Positions 45,001-58,264 of a DNA stretch of 64,000 bases are shown in pieces (within the stretch, counting starts at the first letter, position 1; every line of letters starts with the position of its first letter). The stretch is from Eledone cirrhosa. Its lineage: Eukaryota. Under the pieces are notes generated by a model. The model did not search any database. It saw only the letters and a program-made list of their open reading frames with translations, and was not told where the DNA came from. Location of the stretch: NCBI GenBank assembly GCA_964016885.1, contig OZ024742.1, positions 349,184,001 to 349,248,000 on the forward strand, given 5' to 3'. The position numbers and the translations under genes are program-made.

Positions 45001-48000
45001 CTGTTATTACAGTTGTCTATTTCAATAACTAAGATATCTTTGGTGTGACTGTTATCACAGTTATCTATTTCAATAACAAGATATCTCTGGTGTAACTGTT
45101 ATCACAGTTGTCTATTTCAGTATATAACTAGGATATCTTTGGTGTGACTGTTATCACAGTTGTCTATTTCAGTATATAACTAAGATATCTTTGGTGTAAC
45201 TGTTATCACAGGTGTCTATTTCGGTACTAAGATATCTTTGGTGTGACTGTTATCACAGTTGTCTATTTCAATAACTAAGATATCTTTGGTGTAACTGTTA
45301 TCACAGGTGTCTATTTCAGTATATAACTAAGATATCTTTGGTGTAACTGTTATCCCAGTTGTCTATTTCAATAACTAAGATATCTTTGGTGTAACTGTTA
45401 TCCCAGTTGTCTATTTCAATAACTAAGATACCTTTGGTGTAACTGTTATCACAGGTGTCTATTTCAATAACTAAGATATCTTTGGTGTAACTGTTATCAC
45501 AGTTGTCTATTTCAATAACTAAGATATCTTTGGTGTAACTGTTATCACAGTTGTCTATTTCAATAACTAAGATATCTTCGGTGTAACTGTTATCAGAGGT
45601 GTCTATTTCAGTATATAACTAAGATATCTTTGGTGTAACTCTTATCACAGGTCTCTATTTCAGTATATAACTAAGATATCTTTGGTGTAACTGTTATCAC
45701 AGGTGTCTATTTCAATAACTAAGATATCTTTGGTGTAACTGTTATCACAGTTGTCTATTTCAATAACTAAGATATCTTTGGTGTAACTGTTATCACAGTT
45801 CTCTATTTCAATAACTAAGATATCTTTGGTGTGACTGTTATCACAGTTGTCTATTTCAGTATATAACTAAGATATCTTTGGTGTGACTGTTATCACAGTT
45901 GTCTATTTCAATAACTAAGATATCTTTGGTGTGACTGTTATCACAGTTGTCTATTTCAGTATATAACTAAGATATCTTTGGTGTGACTGTTATTACAGTT
46001 GTCTATTTCAATATCTAAGATATCTTTGGTGTGACTGTTTTCACAGTTGTCTATTTCAGTATATAACTAAGATATCTTTGGTGTAACTGTTATCACAGTT
46101 GTCTATTTCAATAACGAAGATATCTTTGGTGTGACTGTTATCACAGTTGTCTATTTCAGTATATAACTAAGATATCTTTGGTGTGACTGTTATCACAGTT
46201 GTCTATTTCAGTATATAACTAAGATATCTTTGGTGTAACTGTTATCACAGTTATCTATTTCAATAGCTAAGATATCTATGGTGCGACTGTTATCTCAGTT
46301 GTCTATTTCAATAACTAAGATATCTTTGGTGTGACTGTTATCACAGTTATCTATTTCAATAACAAGATATCTCTGGTGTAACTGTTATCACAGTTGTCTA
46401 TTTCAGTATATAACTAAGATATCTTTGGTGTGACTGTTATCACAGTTGTCTATTTCAGTATATAACTAAGATATCTTTGGTGTAACTGTTATCACAGGTG
46501 TCTATTTCGGTACTAAGATATCTTTGGTGTGACTGTTATCACAGGTGTCTATTTCAGTATATAACTAAGATATATTTGGTGTAACTGTTATCACAGGTGT
46601 CTATTTCAGTATATAACTAAGATATCTTTGGTGTAACTGTTATCACAGTTGTCTATTTCAATAACTAAGATATCTTTGGTGTAACTGTTATCACAGGTGT
46701 CTATTTCAGTATATAACTAAGATATCTTTGGTGTAACTGTTATCCCAGTTGTCTATTTCAATAACTAAGATACCTTTGGTGTAACTGTTATCACAGTTGT
46801 CTATTTCAATAACTAAGATATCTTTGGTGTGACTGTTATCACAGTTCTCTATTTCAATAACTAAGATATCTTTGGTGTGACTGTTATCACAGTTGTCTAT
46901 TTCAATATCTAAGATATCTTTGGTGTGACTGTTATCACGGTTATCTATTTCAATAACTAAGATATCTTTGGTGTGACTGTTATCACAGTTGTCTATTTCA
47001 GTATATAACTAAGATATCTTTGGTGTGACTGTTATCACAGTTGTCTATTTCAGTATATAACTAAGATATCTTTGGTGTGACTGTTATCACAGTTATCTAT
47101 TTCAGTATATAACTAAGATATCTTTGGTGTAACTGTTATCACAGTTGTCTATTTCAATAACTAAGATATCTTTGGTGTAACTGTTATCACAGGTGTCTAT
47201 TTCAGTATATAACTAAGATATCTTTGGTGTGACTGTCATCACAGTTGTCTATTTCAATAACTAAGATATCTTTGGTGTGACTGTTATCACAGTTCTCTAT
47301 TTCAATAACTAAGATATCTTTGGTGTGACTGTTATCACAGTTGTCTATTTCAGTATATAACTAAGATATCTTTGGTGTGACTGTTATCACAGTTGCCTAT
47401 TTCAGTATATAACTAAGATATCTTTGGTGTAACTGTTATCACAGTTACCTATTTCAATAACTAAGATATCTTTGGTGTGACTGTTATCACAGTTGTCTAT
47501 TTCAGTATATAACTAAGATATCTTTGGTGTGACTGTTATCACAGTTGTCTATTTCAGTATATAACTAAGATATCTTTGGTGTGACTGTTATCACAGTTAT
47601 CTATTTCAGTATATAACTAAGATATCTTTGGTGTGACTGTTATCACAGTTGTCTATTTCAGTATATAACTAAGATATCTTTGGTGTAACTGTTATCACAG
47701 TTGTCTATTTCAATAACTAAGATATCTTTGGTGTGACTGTTATCACAGTTATCTATTTCAATAACTAAGATATCTTTGGTGTGACTGTTATCACAGTTGT
47801 CTATTTCAATAACTAAGATATCTTTGGTGTGACTGTTATCACAGTTCTCTATTTCAATAACTAAGATATCTTTGGTGTGACTGTTATCACAGTTGTCTAT
47901 TTCAATATCTAAGATATCTTTGGTGTGACTGTTATCACAGTTATCTATTTCAATAAGTAAGATATATTTGGTGTGACTGTTATCACAGTTGTCTATTTCA

Positions 48001-51000
48001 GTATATAACTAAGATATCTTTGGTGTGACTGTTATCACAGTTCTCTATTTCAATAACTAAGATATCTTTGGTGTGACTGTTATCACAGTTGTCTATTTCA
48101 GTATATAACTAAGATATCTTTGGTGTGACTGTTATCACAGTTGTCTATTTCAATAACTAAGATATCTTTGGTGTGACTGTTATCACAGTTGTCTATTTCA
48201 GTATATAACTAAGATATCTTTGGTGTGACTGTTATTACAGTTGTCTATTTCAATATCTAAGATATCTTTGGTGTGACTGTTTTCACAGTTGTCTATTTCA
48301 GTATATAACTAAGATATCTTTGGTGTAACTGCTATCACAGTTGTCTATTTCAATAACGAAGATATCTTTGGTGTGACTGTTATCACAGTTGTCTATTTCA
48401 GTATATAACTAAGATATCTTTGGTGTGACTGTTATCACAGTTGTCTATTTCAGTATATAACTAAGATATCTTTGGTGTAACTGTTATCACAGTTATCTAT
48501 TTCAATAACTAAGATATCTTTGGTGTGACTGTTATCACAGTTGTCTATTTCAGTATATAACTAAGATATCTTTGGTGTGACTGTTATCACAGGTGTCTAT
48601 TTCAGTATATAACTAAGATATCTTTGGTGTGACTGTTATCAGAGGTGTCTATTTCAATAACTAAGATATATTTGGTGTAACTGTTATCACAGTTGTCTAT
48701 TTCAGTATATAACTAAGATATCTTTGGTGTGACTGTTATCACAGTTGTCTATTTCAGTATATAACTAAGATATCTTTGGTGTGACTGTTATCACAGTTGT
48801 CTATTTCAGTATATAACTAATATATCTTTGGTGTGACTGTTATCACAGTTGTCTATTTCAGTATATAACTAAGATATCTTTGGTGTAACTTTTATCACAG
48901 TTGTCTATTTCAATAACTAAGATATCTTTGGTGTAACTGTTATTACAGTTGTCTATTTCAATAACTAAGATATCTTTGGTGTGACTGTTATCACAGTTGT
49001 CTATTTCAATAACTAAGATATCTTTGGTGTAACTGTTATCACAGTTGTCTATTTCAATAACTAAGATATCTTTGGTGTAACTGTTATTACAGTTGTCTAT
49101 TTCAATAACTAAGATATCTTTGGTGTGACTGTTATCACAGTTATCTATTTCAATAACAAGATATCTCTGGTGTAACTGTTATCACAGTTGTCTATTTCAG
49201 TATATAACTAATATATCTTTGGTGTGACTGTTATCACAGTTGTCTATTTCAGTATATAACTAAGATATCTTTGGTGTAACTTTTATCACAGTTGTCTATT
49301 TCAATAACTAAGATATATTTGGTGTAACTGTTATTACAGTTGTCTATTTCAATAACTAAGATATCTTTGGTGTGACTGTTATCACAGTTATCTATTTCAA
49401 TAACAAGATATCTCTGGTGTAACTGTTATCACAGTTGTCTATTTCAGTATATAACTAGGATATCTTTGGTGTGACTGTTATCACAGTTGTCTATTTCAGT
49501 ATATAACTAAGATATCTTTGGTGTAACTGTTATCACAGGTGTCTATTTCGGTACTAAGATATCTTTGGTGTGACTGTTATCACAGTTGTCTATTTCAATA
49601 ACTAAGATATCTTTGGTGTAACTGTTATCACAGGTGTCTATTTCAGTATATAACTAAGATATCTTTGGTGTAACTGTTATCCCAGTTGTCTATTTCAATA
49701 ACTAAGATATCTTTGGTGTAACTGTTATCCCAGTTGTCTATTTCAATAACTAAGATACCTTTGGTGTAACTGTTATCACAGGTGTCTATTTCAATAACTA
49801 AGATATCTTTGGTGTAACTGTTATCACAGTTGTCTATTTCAATAACTAAGATATCTTTGGTGTAACTGTTATCACAGTTGTCTATTTCAATAACTAAGAT
49901 ATCTTCGGTGTAACTGTTATCAGAGGTGTCTATTTCAGTATATAACTAAGATATCTTTGGTGTAACTCTTATCACAGGTCTCTATTTCAGTATATAACTA
50001 AGATATCTTTGGTGTAACTGTTATCACAGGTGTCTATTTCAATAACTAAGATATCTTTGGTGTAACTGTTATCACAGTTGTCTATTTCAATAACTAAGAT
50101 ATCTTTGGTGTAACTGTTATCACAGTTCTCTATTTCAATAACTAAGATATCTTTGGTGTGACTGTTATCACAGTTGTCTATTTCAGTATATAACTAAGAT
50201 ATCTTTGGTGTGACTGTTATCACAGTTGTCTATTTCAATAACTAAGATATCTTTGGTGTGACTGTTATCACAGTTGTCTATTTCAGTATATAACTAAGAT
50301 ATCTTTGGTGTGACTGTTATTACAGTTGTCTATTTCAATATCTAAGATATCTTTGGTGTGACTGTTTTCACAGTTGTCTATTTCAGTATATAACTAAGAT
50401 ATCTTTGGTGTAACTGTTATCACAGTTGTCTATTTCAATAACGAAGATATCTTTGGTGTGACTGTTATCACAGTTGTCTATTTCAGTATATAACTAAGAT
50501 ATCTTTGGTGTGACTGTTATCACAGTTGTCTATTTCAGTATATAACTAAGATATCTTTGGTGTAACTGTTATCACAGTTATCTATTTCAATAGCTAAGAT
50601 ATCTATGGTGCGACTGTTATCTCAGTTGTCTATTTCAATAACTAAGATATCTTTGGTGTGACTGTTATCACAGTTATCTATTTCAATAACAAGATATCTC
50701 TGGTGTAACTGTTATCACAGTTGTCTATTTCAGTATATAACTAAGATATCTTTGGTGTGACTGTTATCACAGTTGTCTATTTCAGTATATAACTAAGATA
50801 TCTTTGGTGTAACTGTTATCACAGGTGTCTATTTCGGTACTAAGATATCTTTGGTGTGACTGTTATCACAGGTGTCTATTTCAGTATATAACTAAGATAT
50901 ATTTGGTGTAACTGTTATCACAGGTGTCTATTTCAGTATATAACTAAGATATCTTTGGTGTAACTGTTATCACAGTTGTCTATTTCAATAACTAAGATAT

Positions 51001-54000
51001 CTTTGGTGTAACTGTTATCACAGGTGTCTATTTCAGTATATAACTAAGATATCTTTGGTGTAACTGTTATCCCAGTTGTCTATTTCAATAACTAAGATAC
51101 CTTTGGTGTAACTGTTATCACAGTTGTCTATTTCAATAACTAAGATATCTTTGGTGTGACTGTTATCACAGTTCTCTATTTCAATAACTAAGATATCTTT
51201 GGTGTGACTGTTATCACAGTTGTCTATTTCAATATCTAAGATATCTTTGGTGTGACTGTTATCACGGTTATCTATTTCAATAACTAAGATATCTTTGGTG
51301 TGACTGTTATCACAGTTGTCTATTTCAGTATATAACTAAGATATCTTTGGTGTGACTGTCATCACAGTTGTCTATTTCAATAACTAAGATATCTTTGGTG
51401 TGACTGTTATCACAGTTCTCTATTTCAATAACTAAGATATCTTTGGTGTGACTGTTATCACAGTTGTCTATTTCAGTATATAACTAAGATATCTTTGGTG
51501 TGACTGTTATCACAGTTGCCTATTTCAGTATATAACTAAGATATCTTTGGTGTAACTGTTATCACAGTTACCTATTTCAATAACTAAGATATCTTTGGTG
51601 TGACTGTTATCACAGTTGTCTATTTCAGTATATAACTAAGATATCTTTGGTGTGACTGTTATCACAGTTGTCTATTTCAGTATATAACTAAGATATCTTT
51701 GGTGTGACTGTTATCACAGTTATCTATTTCAGTATATAACTAAGATATCTTTGGTGTGACTGTTATCACAGTTGTCTATTTCAGTATATAACTAAGATAT
51801 CTTTGGTGTAACTGTTATCACAGTTGTCTATTTCAATAACTAAGATATCTTTGGTGTGACTGTTATCACAGTTATCTATTTCAATAACTAAGATATCTTT
51901 GGTGTGACTGTTATCACAGTTGTCTATTTCAATAACTAAGATATCTTTGGTGTGACTGTTATCACAGTTCTCTATTTCAATAACTAAGATATCTTTGGTG
52001 TGACTGTTATCACAGTTGTCTATTTCAATATCTAAGATATCTTTGGTGTGACTGTTATCACAGTTATCTATTTCAATAACTAAGATATATTTGGTGTGAC
52101 TGTTATCACAGTTGTCTATTTCAGTATATAACTAAGATATCTTTGGTGTGACTGTTATCACAGTTCTCTATTTCAATAACTAAGATATCTTTGGTGTGAC
52201 TGTTATCACAGTTGTCTATTTCAGTATATAACTAAGATATCTTTGGTGTGACTGTTATCACAGTTGTCTATTTCAATAACTAAGATATCTTTGGTGTGAC
52301 TGTTATCACAGTTGTCTATTTCAGTATATAACTAAGATATCTTTGGTGTGACTGTTATTACAGTTGTCTATTTCAATATCTAAGATATCTTTGGTGTGAC
52401 TGTTTTCACAGTTGTCTATTTCAGTATATAACTCAGATATCTTTGGTGTAACTGCTATCACAGTTGTCTATTTCAATACCGAAGATATCTTTGGTGTGAC
52501 TGTTATCACAGTTGTCTATTTCAGTATATAACTAAGATATCTTTGGTGTGACTGTTATCACAGTTGTCTATTTCAGTATATAACTAAGATATCTTTGGTG
52601 TAACTGTTATCACAGTTATCTATTTCAATAACTAAGATATCTTTGGTGTGACTGTTATCACAGTTGTCTATTTCAGTATATAACTAAGATATCTTTGGTG
52701 TGACTGTTATCACAGGTGTCTATTTCAGTATATAACTAAGATATCTTTGGTGTGACTGTTATCAGAGGTGTCTATTTCAATAACTAAGATATATTTGGTG
52801 TAACTGTTATCACAGTTGTCTATTTCAGTATATAACTAAGATATCTTTGGTGTGACTGTTATCACAGTTGTCTATTTCAGTATATAACTAAGATATCTTT
52901 GGTGTGACTATTATCACAGTTGTCTATTTCAGTATATAACTAATATATCTTTGGTGTGACTGTTATCACAGTTGTCTATTTCAGTATATAACTAAGATAT
53001 CTTTGGTGTAACTTTTATCACAGTTGTCTATTTCAATAACTAAGATATCTTTGGTGTAACTGTTATTACAGTTGTCTATTTCAATAACTAAGATATCTTT
53101 GGTGTGACTGTTATCACAGTTGTCTATTTCAATAACTAAGATATCTTTGGTGTAACTGTTATCACAGTTGTCTATTTCAATAACTAAGATATCTTTGGTG
53201 TAACTGTTATCACAGTTGTCTATTTCAGTATATAACTAAGATATCTTTGGTGTGACTGTTATCACAGTTGTCTATTTCAGTATATAACTAAGATATCTAT
53301 GGTGCGACTGTTATCTCAGTTGTCTATTTCAATAACTAAGATATCTTTGGTGTGACTGTTATCACAGTTATCTATTTCAATAACAAGATATCTCTGGTGT
53401 AACTGTTATCACAGTTGTCTATTTCAGTATATAACTAAGATATCTTTGGTGTGACTGTTATCACAGTTGTCTATTTCAGTATATAACTAAGATATCTTTG
53501 GTGTAACTGTTATCACAGGTGTCTATTTCGGTACTAAGATATCTTTGGTGTGACTGTTATCACAGGTGTCTATTTCAGTATATAACTAAGATATATTTGG
53601 TGTAACTGTTATCACAGGTGTCTATTTCAGTATATAACTAAGATATCTTTGGTGTAACTGTTATCACAGTTGTCTATTTCAATAACTAAGATATCTTTGG
53701 TGTAACTGTTATCACAGGTGTCTATTTCAGTATATAACTAAGATATCTTTGGTGTAACTGTTATCCCAGTTGTCTATTTCAATAACTAAGATATGTTTGG
53801 TGTAACTGTTATCCCAGTTGTCTATTTCAATAACTAAGATACCTTTGGTGTAACTGTTATCACAGGTGTCTATTTCAATAACTAAGATATCTTTGGTGTA
53901 ACTGTTATCACAGTTGTCTATTTCAATAACTAAGATATCTTTGGTGTAACTGTTATCACAGTTGTCTATTTCAATAACTAAGATATCTTCGGTGTAACTG

Positions 54001-56216
54001 TTATCAGAGGTGTCTATTTCAGTATATAACTAAGATATCTTTGGTGTAACTCTTATCACAGGTCTCTATTTCAGTATATAACTAAGATATCTTTGGTGTA
54101 ACTGTTATCACAGGTGTCTATTTCAATAACTAAGATATCTTTGGTGTAACTGTTATCACTGTTGTCTATTTCAATAACTAAGATATCTTTGGTGTAACTG
54201 TTATCACAGTTCTCTATTTCAATAACTAAGATATCTTTGGTGTGACTGTTATCACAGTTGTCTATTTCAGTATATAACTAAGATATCTTTGGTGTGACTG
54301 TTATCACAGTTGTCTATTTCAATAACTAAGATATCTTTGGTGTGACTGTTATCACAGTTGTCTATTTCAGTATATAACTAAGATATCTTTGGTGTGACTG
54401 TTATTACAGTTGTCTATTTCAATATCTAAGATATCTTTGGTGTGACTGTTTTCACAGTTGTCTATTTCAGTATATAACTAAGATATCTTTGGTGTAACTG
54501 TTATCACAGTTGTCTATTTCAATAACGAAGATATCTTTGGTGTGACTGTTATCACAGTTGTCTATTTCAGTATATAACTAAGATATCTTTGGTGTGACTG
54601 TTATCACAGTTGTCTATTTCAGTATATAACTAAGATATCTTTGGTGTAACTGTTATCACAGTTATCTATTTCAATAACTAAGATATCTTTGGTGTGACTG
54701 TTATCACAGTTGTCTATTTCAGTATATAACTAACATATCTTTGGTGTGACTGTTATCACAGGTGTCTATTTCAGTATATAACTAAGATATCTTTGGTGTG
54801 ACTGTTATCACAGGTGTCTATTTCAATAACTAAGATATCTTTGGTGTAACTGTTATCACAGTTGTCTATTTCAGTATATAACTAAGATATCTTTGGTGTG
54901 ACTGTTATCACAGTTGTCTATTTCAGTATATAACTAAGATATCTTTGGTGTGACTGTTATCACAGTTGTCTATTTCAGTATATAACTAAGATATCTTTGG
55001 TGTAACTTTTATCACAGTTGTCTATTTCAATAACTAAGATATCTTTGGTGTAACTGTTATTACAGTTGTCTATTTCAATAACTAAGATATCTTTGGTGTG
55101 ACTGTTATCACAGTTGTCTATTTCAATAACTAAGATATCTTTGGTGTAACTGTTATCACAGTTGTCTATTTCAATTAGTAAGATATCTTTGGTGTAACTG
55201 TTATCACAGTTGTCTATTTCAGTATATAACTAAGATATCTTTTGTGTGACTGTTATCACAGTTGTCTATTTCAGTATATAACTAAGATATCTATGGTGCG
55301 ACTGTTATCTCAGTTGTCTATTTCAATAACTAAGATATCTTTGGTGTGACTGTTATCACAGTTATCTATTTCAATAACAAGATATCTCTGGTGTAACTGT
55401 TATCACAGTTGTCTATTTCAGTATATAACTAAGATATCTTTGGTGTGACTGTTATCACAGTTGTCTATTTCAGTATATAACTAAGATATCTTTGGTGTAA
55501 CTGTTATCACAGGTGTCTATTTCGGTACTAAGATATCTTTGGTGTGACTGTTATCACAGTTGTCTATTTCAGTATATAACTAAGATATCTTTGGTGTAAC
55601 TGTTATCACAGGTGTCTATTTCGGTACTAAGATATCTTTGGTGTGACTGTTATCACAGGTGTCTATTTCAGTATATAACTAAGATATATTTGGTGTAACT
55701 GTTATCACAGGTGTCTATTTCAGTATATAACTAAGATATCTTTGGTGTAACTGTTATCACAGTTGTCTATTTCAATAACTAAGATATCTTTGGTGTAACT
55801 GTTATCACAGGTGTCTATTTCAGTATATAACTAAGATATCTTTGGTGTAACTGTTATCCCAGTTGTCTATTTCAATAACTAAGATATCTTTGGTGTAACT
55901 GTTATCACAGTTGTCTATTTCAATAACTAAGATACCTTTGGTGTAACTGTTATCACAGGTGTCTATTTCAATAACTAAGATATCTTTGGTGTAACTGTTA
56001 TCACAGTTGTCTATTTCAATAACTAAGATATCTTTGGTGTAACTGTTATCACAGTTGTCTATTTCAATAACTAAGATATCTTCGGTGTAACTGTTATCAG
56101 AGGTGTCTATTTCAGTATATAACTAAGATATCTTTGGTGTAACTCTTATCACAGGTCTCTATTTCAGTATATAACTAAGATATCTTTGGTGTAACTGTTA
56201 TCACAGTATTCTATTT
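1..56216. repeat. Tandem satellite DNA array; 48-bp and 52-bp monomers with minor 46/47-bp variants, about 1,100 copies; starts before the window
   Basis: Continuous head-to-tail repeats of TAACTAAGATATCTTTGGTGTGACTGTTATCACAGTTGTCTATTTCAGTATA (52 bp) and ...CTATTTCAA (48 bp), all in one orientation. The last degenerate unit (cacagtattctattt) ends at ~56216. Confidence 0.99.
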
Positions 56217-56368
56217 GATCTCGTTCTCGTCTCTGTTTTTCTCTTCCCAAATGTATTATTTTATAGTAATATATGAGCCATTTGTAAAATTCCTTTAATA
56301 CTCCATATATAGAGTATATTTTTCTTTATTGTGGTTAACACTTCATTATAACCTACACATACTTTTAC

Positions 56369-56646
56369 TTCTCTCTCTCCTAATCACATACACACTCACA
56401 CACACACATACATGCACACACTCTCTCTCTCACACACACACACTCATGCACACCCTCACTATCCCCCCCTCTCTCTATATATATTTGAATGTATGTGTTT
56501 GAGTGTGTGTAAATACATAAACATATATAAAATGTATATGTAAATATATAAATACACACACACATATATATATATGTGTGTATATGTGTGTGTAAATATA
56601 TACAGTCATACACACATCTATATATATATATATATATATATATACA
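56369..56646. repeat. Compound (CT)/(CA)/(TA)/(TG) microsatellite, low complexity
   Basis: Directly visible dinucleotide runs. Confidence 0.9.
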
Positions 56647-57013
56647 CTAAATCAGGCTTCTGTTTATGGTATGTGTGTGCTCATGAATACGCGCATGCGT
56701 GTGTTTCTGATGCATTTGCGATATAAACTAGATAAGCTAGCATTCATAGCTTTAAGGGTTTTCAAAGCGTTAGGAGAATGTATTGAAAGGAATTTGAAGT
56801 AAATGGGGAAAAAGAAGAAGAAAATCCGGGGTTAATTAGTTCGATTTCTTCTACCTTAACTCCTTCATTTCTTGAGGCAGATTGTAGTTTATCATTGTAA
56901 CGCAGCGCAATACTTCAATAAAAATAGAATATATGTTAGAAACCATTTAACTGTATGATTCCGAACGATGTTTTGAAATTCTAAATTGATTTAAGAAAAT
57001 AATACTTGTTTGG

Positions 57014-57060
57014 TATATATATATTTATATGTATATACACATACATATATACATACGTAC

Positions 57061-57139
<79 letters not shown>
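57014..57139. repeat. Imperfect (TA)n microsatellite
   Basis: Directly visible; abuts the left arm of the large palindrome. Confidence 0.95.
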
Positions 57140-57140
<1 letters not shown>

Positions 57141-57174
57141 GATATTATCAAATGGAAACTATATTTATAAAACC

Positions 57175-57250
57175 ATATTTATTTTATTATACATATTTCA
57201 AGGATACCATGTTAAATTATGGTATGCCTTCATCAGACAAAATACAATAT
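57175..57250 (-). ncRNA. Type I hammerhead ribozyme motif with intact core, in the left arm of the palindrome
   Basis: Minus strand: AUAUUGUAUUUUGU-CUGAUGA-AGGCAUACCAU(aauuuaac)AUGGUAUCCUU-GAAA-UAUGUA-UA-AUAAAAUAAAUAU. Canonical CUGANGA/GAAA/UH core, long AU-rich stem I and stem II present. The stem II junction is slightly irregular. Confidence 0.75.
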
Positions 57251-57387
57251 ATACCAGTTTTATAAATAAACATTGACGTACCCTTTCAAAATGCAATCGT
57301 TACTTTTGGAAGACATCAGGATAGTCTTCCAAAAGTAACGGTTGCATTTTGAAAGGGTACGTCAATGTTTATTTATAAAACTGGTAT

Positions 57388-57463
57388 ATATTGTATTTTG
57401 TCTAATGAAGGCATACCATAATTTAACATGGTATCCTTGAAATGTGTATAATAAAATAAATAT
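57388..57463 (+). ncRNA. Mirror hammerhead copy with mutated core (CUAAUGA, G5>A), probably inactive
   Basis: Right arm of the palindrome reads ttgt-CTAATGA-aggcataccat...atggtatcctt-GAAA-tgtgta-ta. G5 is a conserved core residue. Confidence 0.65.
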
Positions 57464-57585
57464 GGTTTTATAAATATAGTTTCCATTTGATAATATCGTA
57501 TATTTACTCCAAATACTTGTCGAGTGCTTTATATCAGTTATAAAAATATTTGCTTGTTGTATCCCAACAATTTAAATAGAACTTT

Positions 57586-57588
<3 letters not shown>

Positions 57589-57680
<92 letters not shown>

Positions 57681-57824
57681 GTGTGCGTATATACATCTAT
57701 ATATGCATACATATAATTCATCCACATATACACATATAAACTCACACTCACATACACACATATATATAGGTGTATATTTATTCCCCCTCCATAATACACA
57801 CACACACAAACAAAACACGAACCC

Positions 57825-57882
<58 letters not shown>

Positions 57883-57944
57883 CATATACACATATACATA
57901 TATGCGTATATATTCATACGTATATAAGTATATAAATATAAACA

Positions 57945-57992
<48 letters not shown>
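57589..57992. repeat. (TA)n and (CA)n microsatellite cluster
   Basis: Pure (AT)n at 57589-57676 and 57827-57878; (CA)n near 57946-57978. Confidence 0.95.
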
Positions 57993-57993
<1 letters not shown>

Positions 57994-58076
57994 AATAAAA
58001 CGAAGGAAGTGTGGTAAGGAACCAAGTGGACTATAACGCACCAGAGTACTCAATATTTAGGTTAGTAGAGTGGGTA

Positions 58077-58190
58077 ATAGGAAATTGTTCAAGATCCCGA
58101 CGGCAGAGCTCAAGCCGTTTCGACGGCTATTCTGAAATAGCCGTCAAAGCAGCTTGAGGTTTGCCGTCGGGGTCTTGAACAATTTCCTAT
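58077..58190. mobile_element. MITE-like 114-bp hairpin element (55-bp arms, 4-nt loop CTGA)
   Basis: ATAGGAAATTGTTCAAGAtCCCGACGGCA...GACGGCTATT is complementary to AATAGCCGTC...TGCCGTCGGGgTCTTGAACAATTTCCTAT with ~6 mismatches. It can be read as TA-[GGAAA...TTTCC]-TA with a TA target duplication. Superfamily not identified. Confidence 0.6.
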
Positions 58191-58202
58191 ATATATATAC
58201 AC

Positions 58203-58262
<60 letters not shown>

Positions 58263-58264
<2 letters not shown>

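Larger units (their letters stand above)
57135..57503. repeat. Near-perfect 369-bp palindrome (fold-back): 180-bp arms, 9-nt spacer
   Basis: 57135-57314 is the reverse complement of 57324-57503, with 3 mismatches seen (all transitions). Centre reads GGAAGAC-atcaggata-GTCTTCC. Confidence 0.97.

Noticed and set aside
1-56216. CRISPR array interpretation of the regular repeats
   Set aside because: There are no unique spacers (the variable part is only a few recurring 3-8 bp alleles) and no cas genes, and the context is eukaryotic.
1-56216. TGTGA-N6-TCACA matches the bacterial CRP/CAP box in each G-type monomer
   Set aside because: The surrounding DNA is eukaryotic (PLEs, microsatellites) with no bacterial promoters or genes; treated as a coincidental dyad.
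1-56216. Hammerhead-encoding satellite like newt satellite 2 or schistosome Sm-alpha
   Set aside because: Neither strand of the consensus monomer contains CUGANGA with a stem II and GAAA; only CTGAAATAG is present.
58036-58076. Short similarities of this island to the Penelope 2 terminus (CTGGTGCGT) and to 58500-58530 (AATATTTAG..TAGAG..GGTA, inverted)
   Set aside because: Matches of about 9 bp in AT-rich DNA are too short to support homology without a search.
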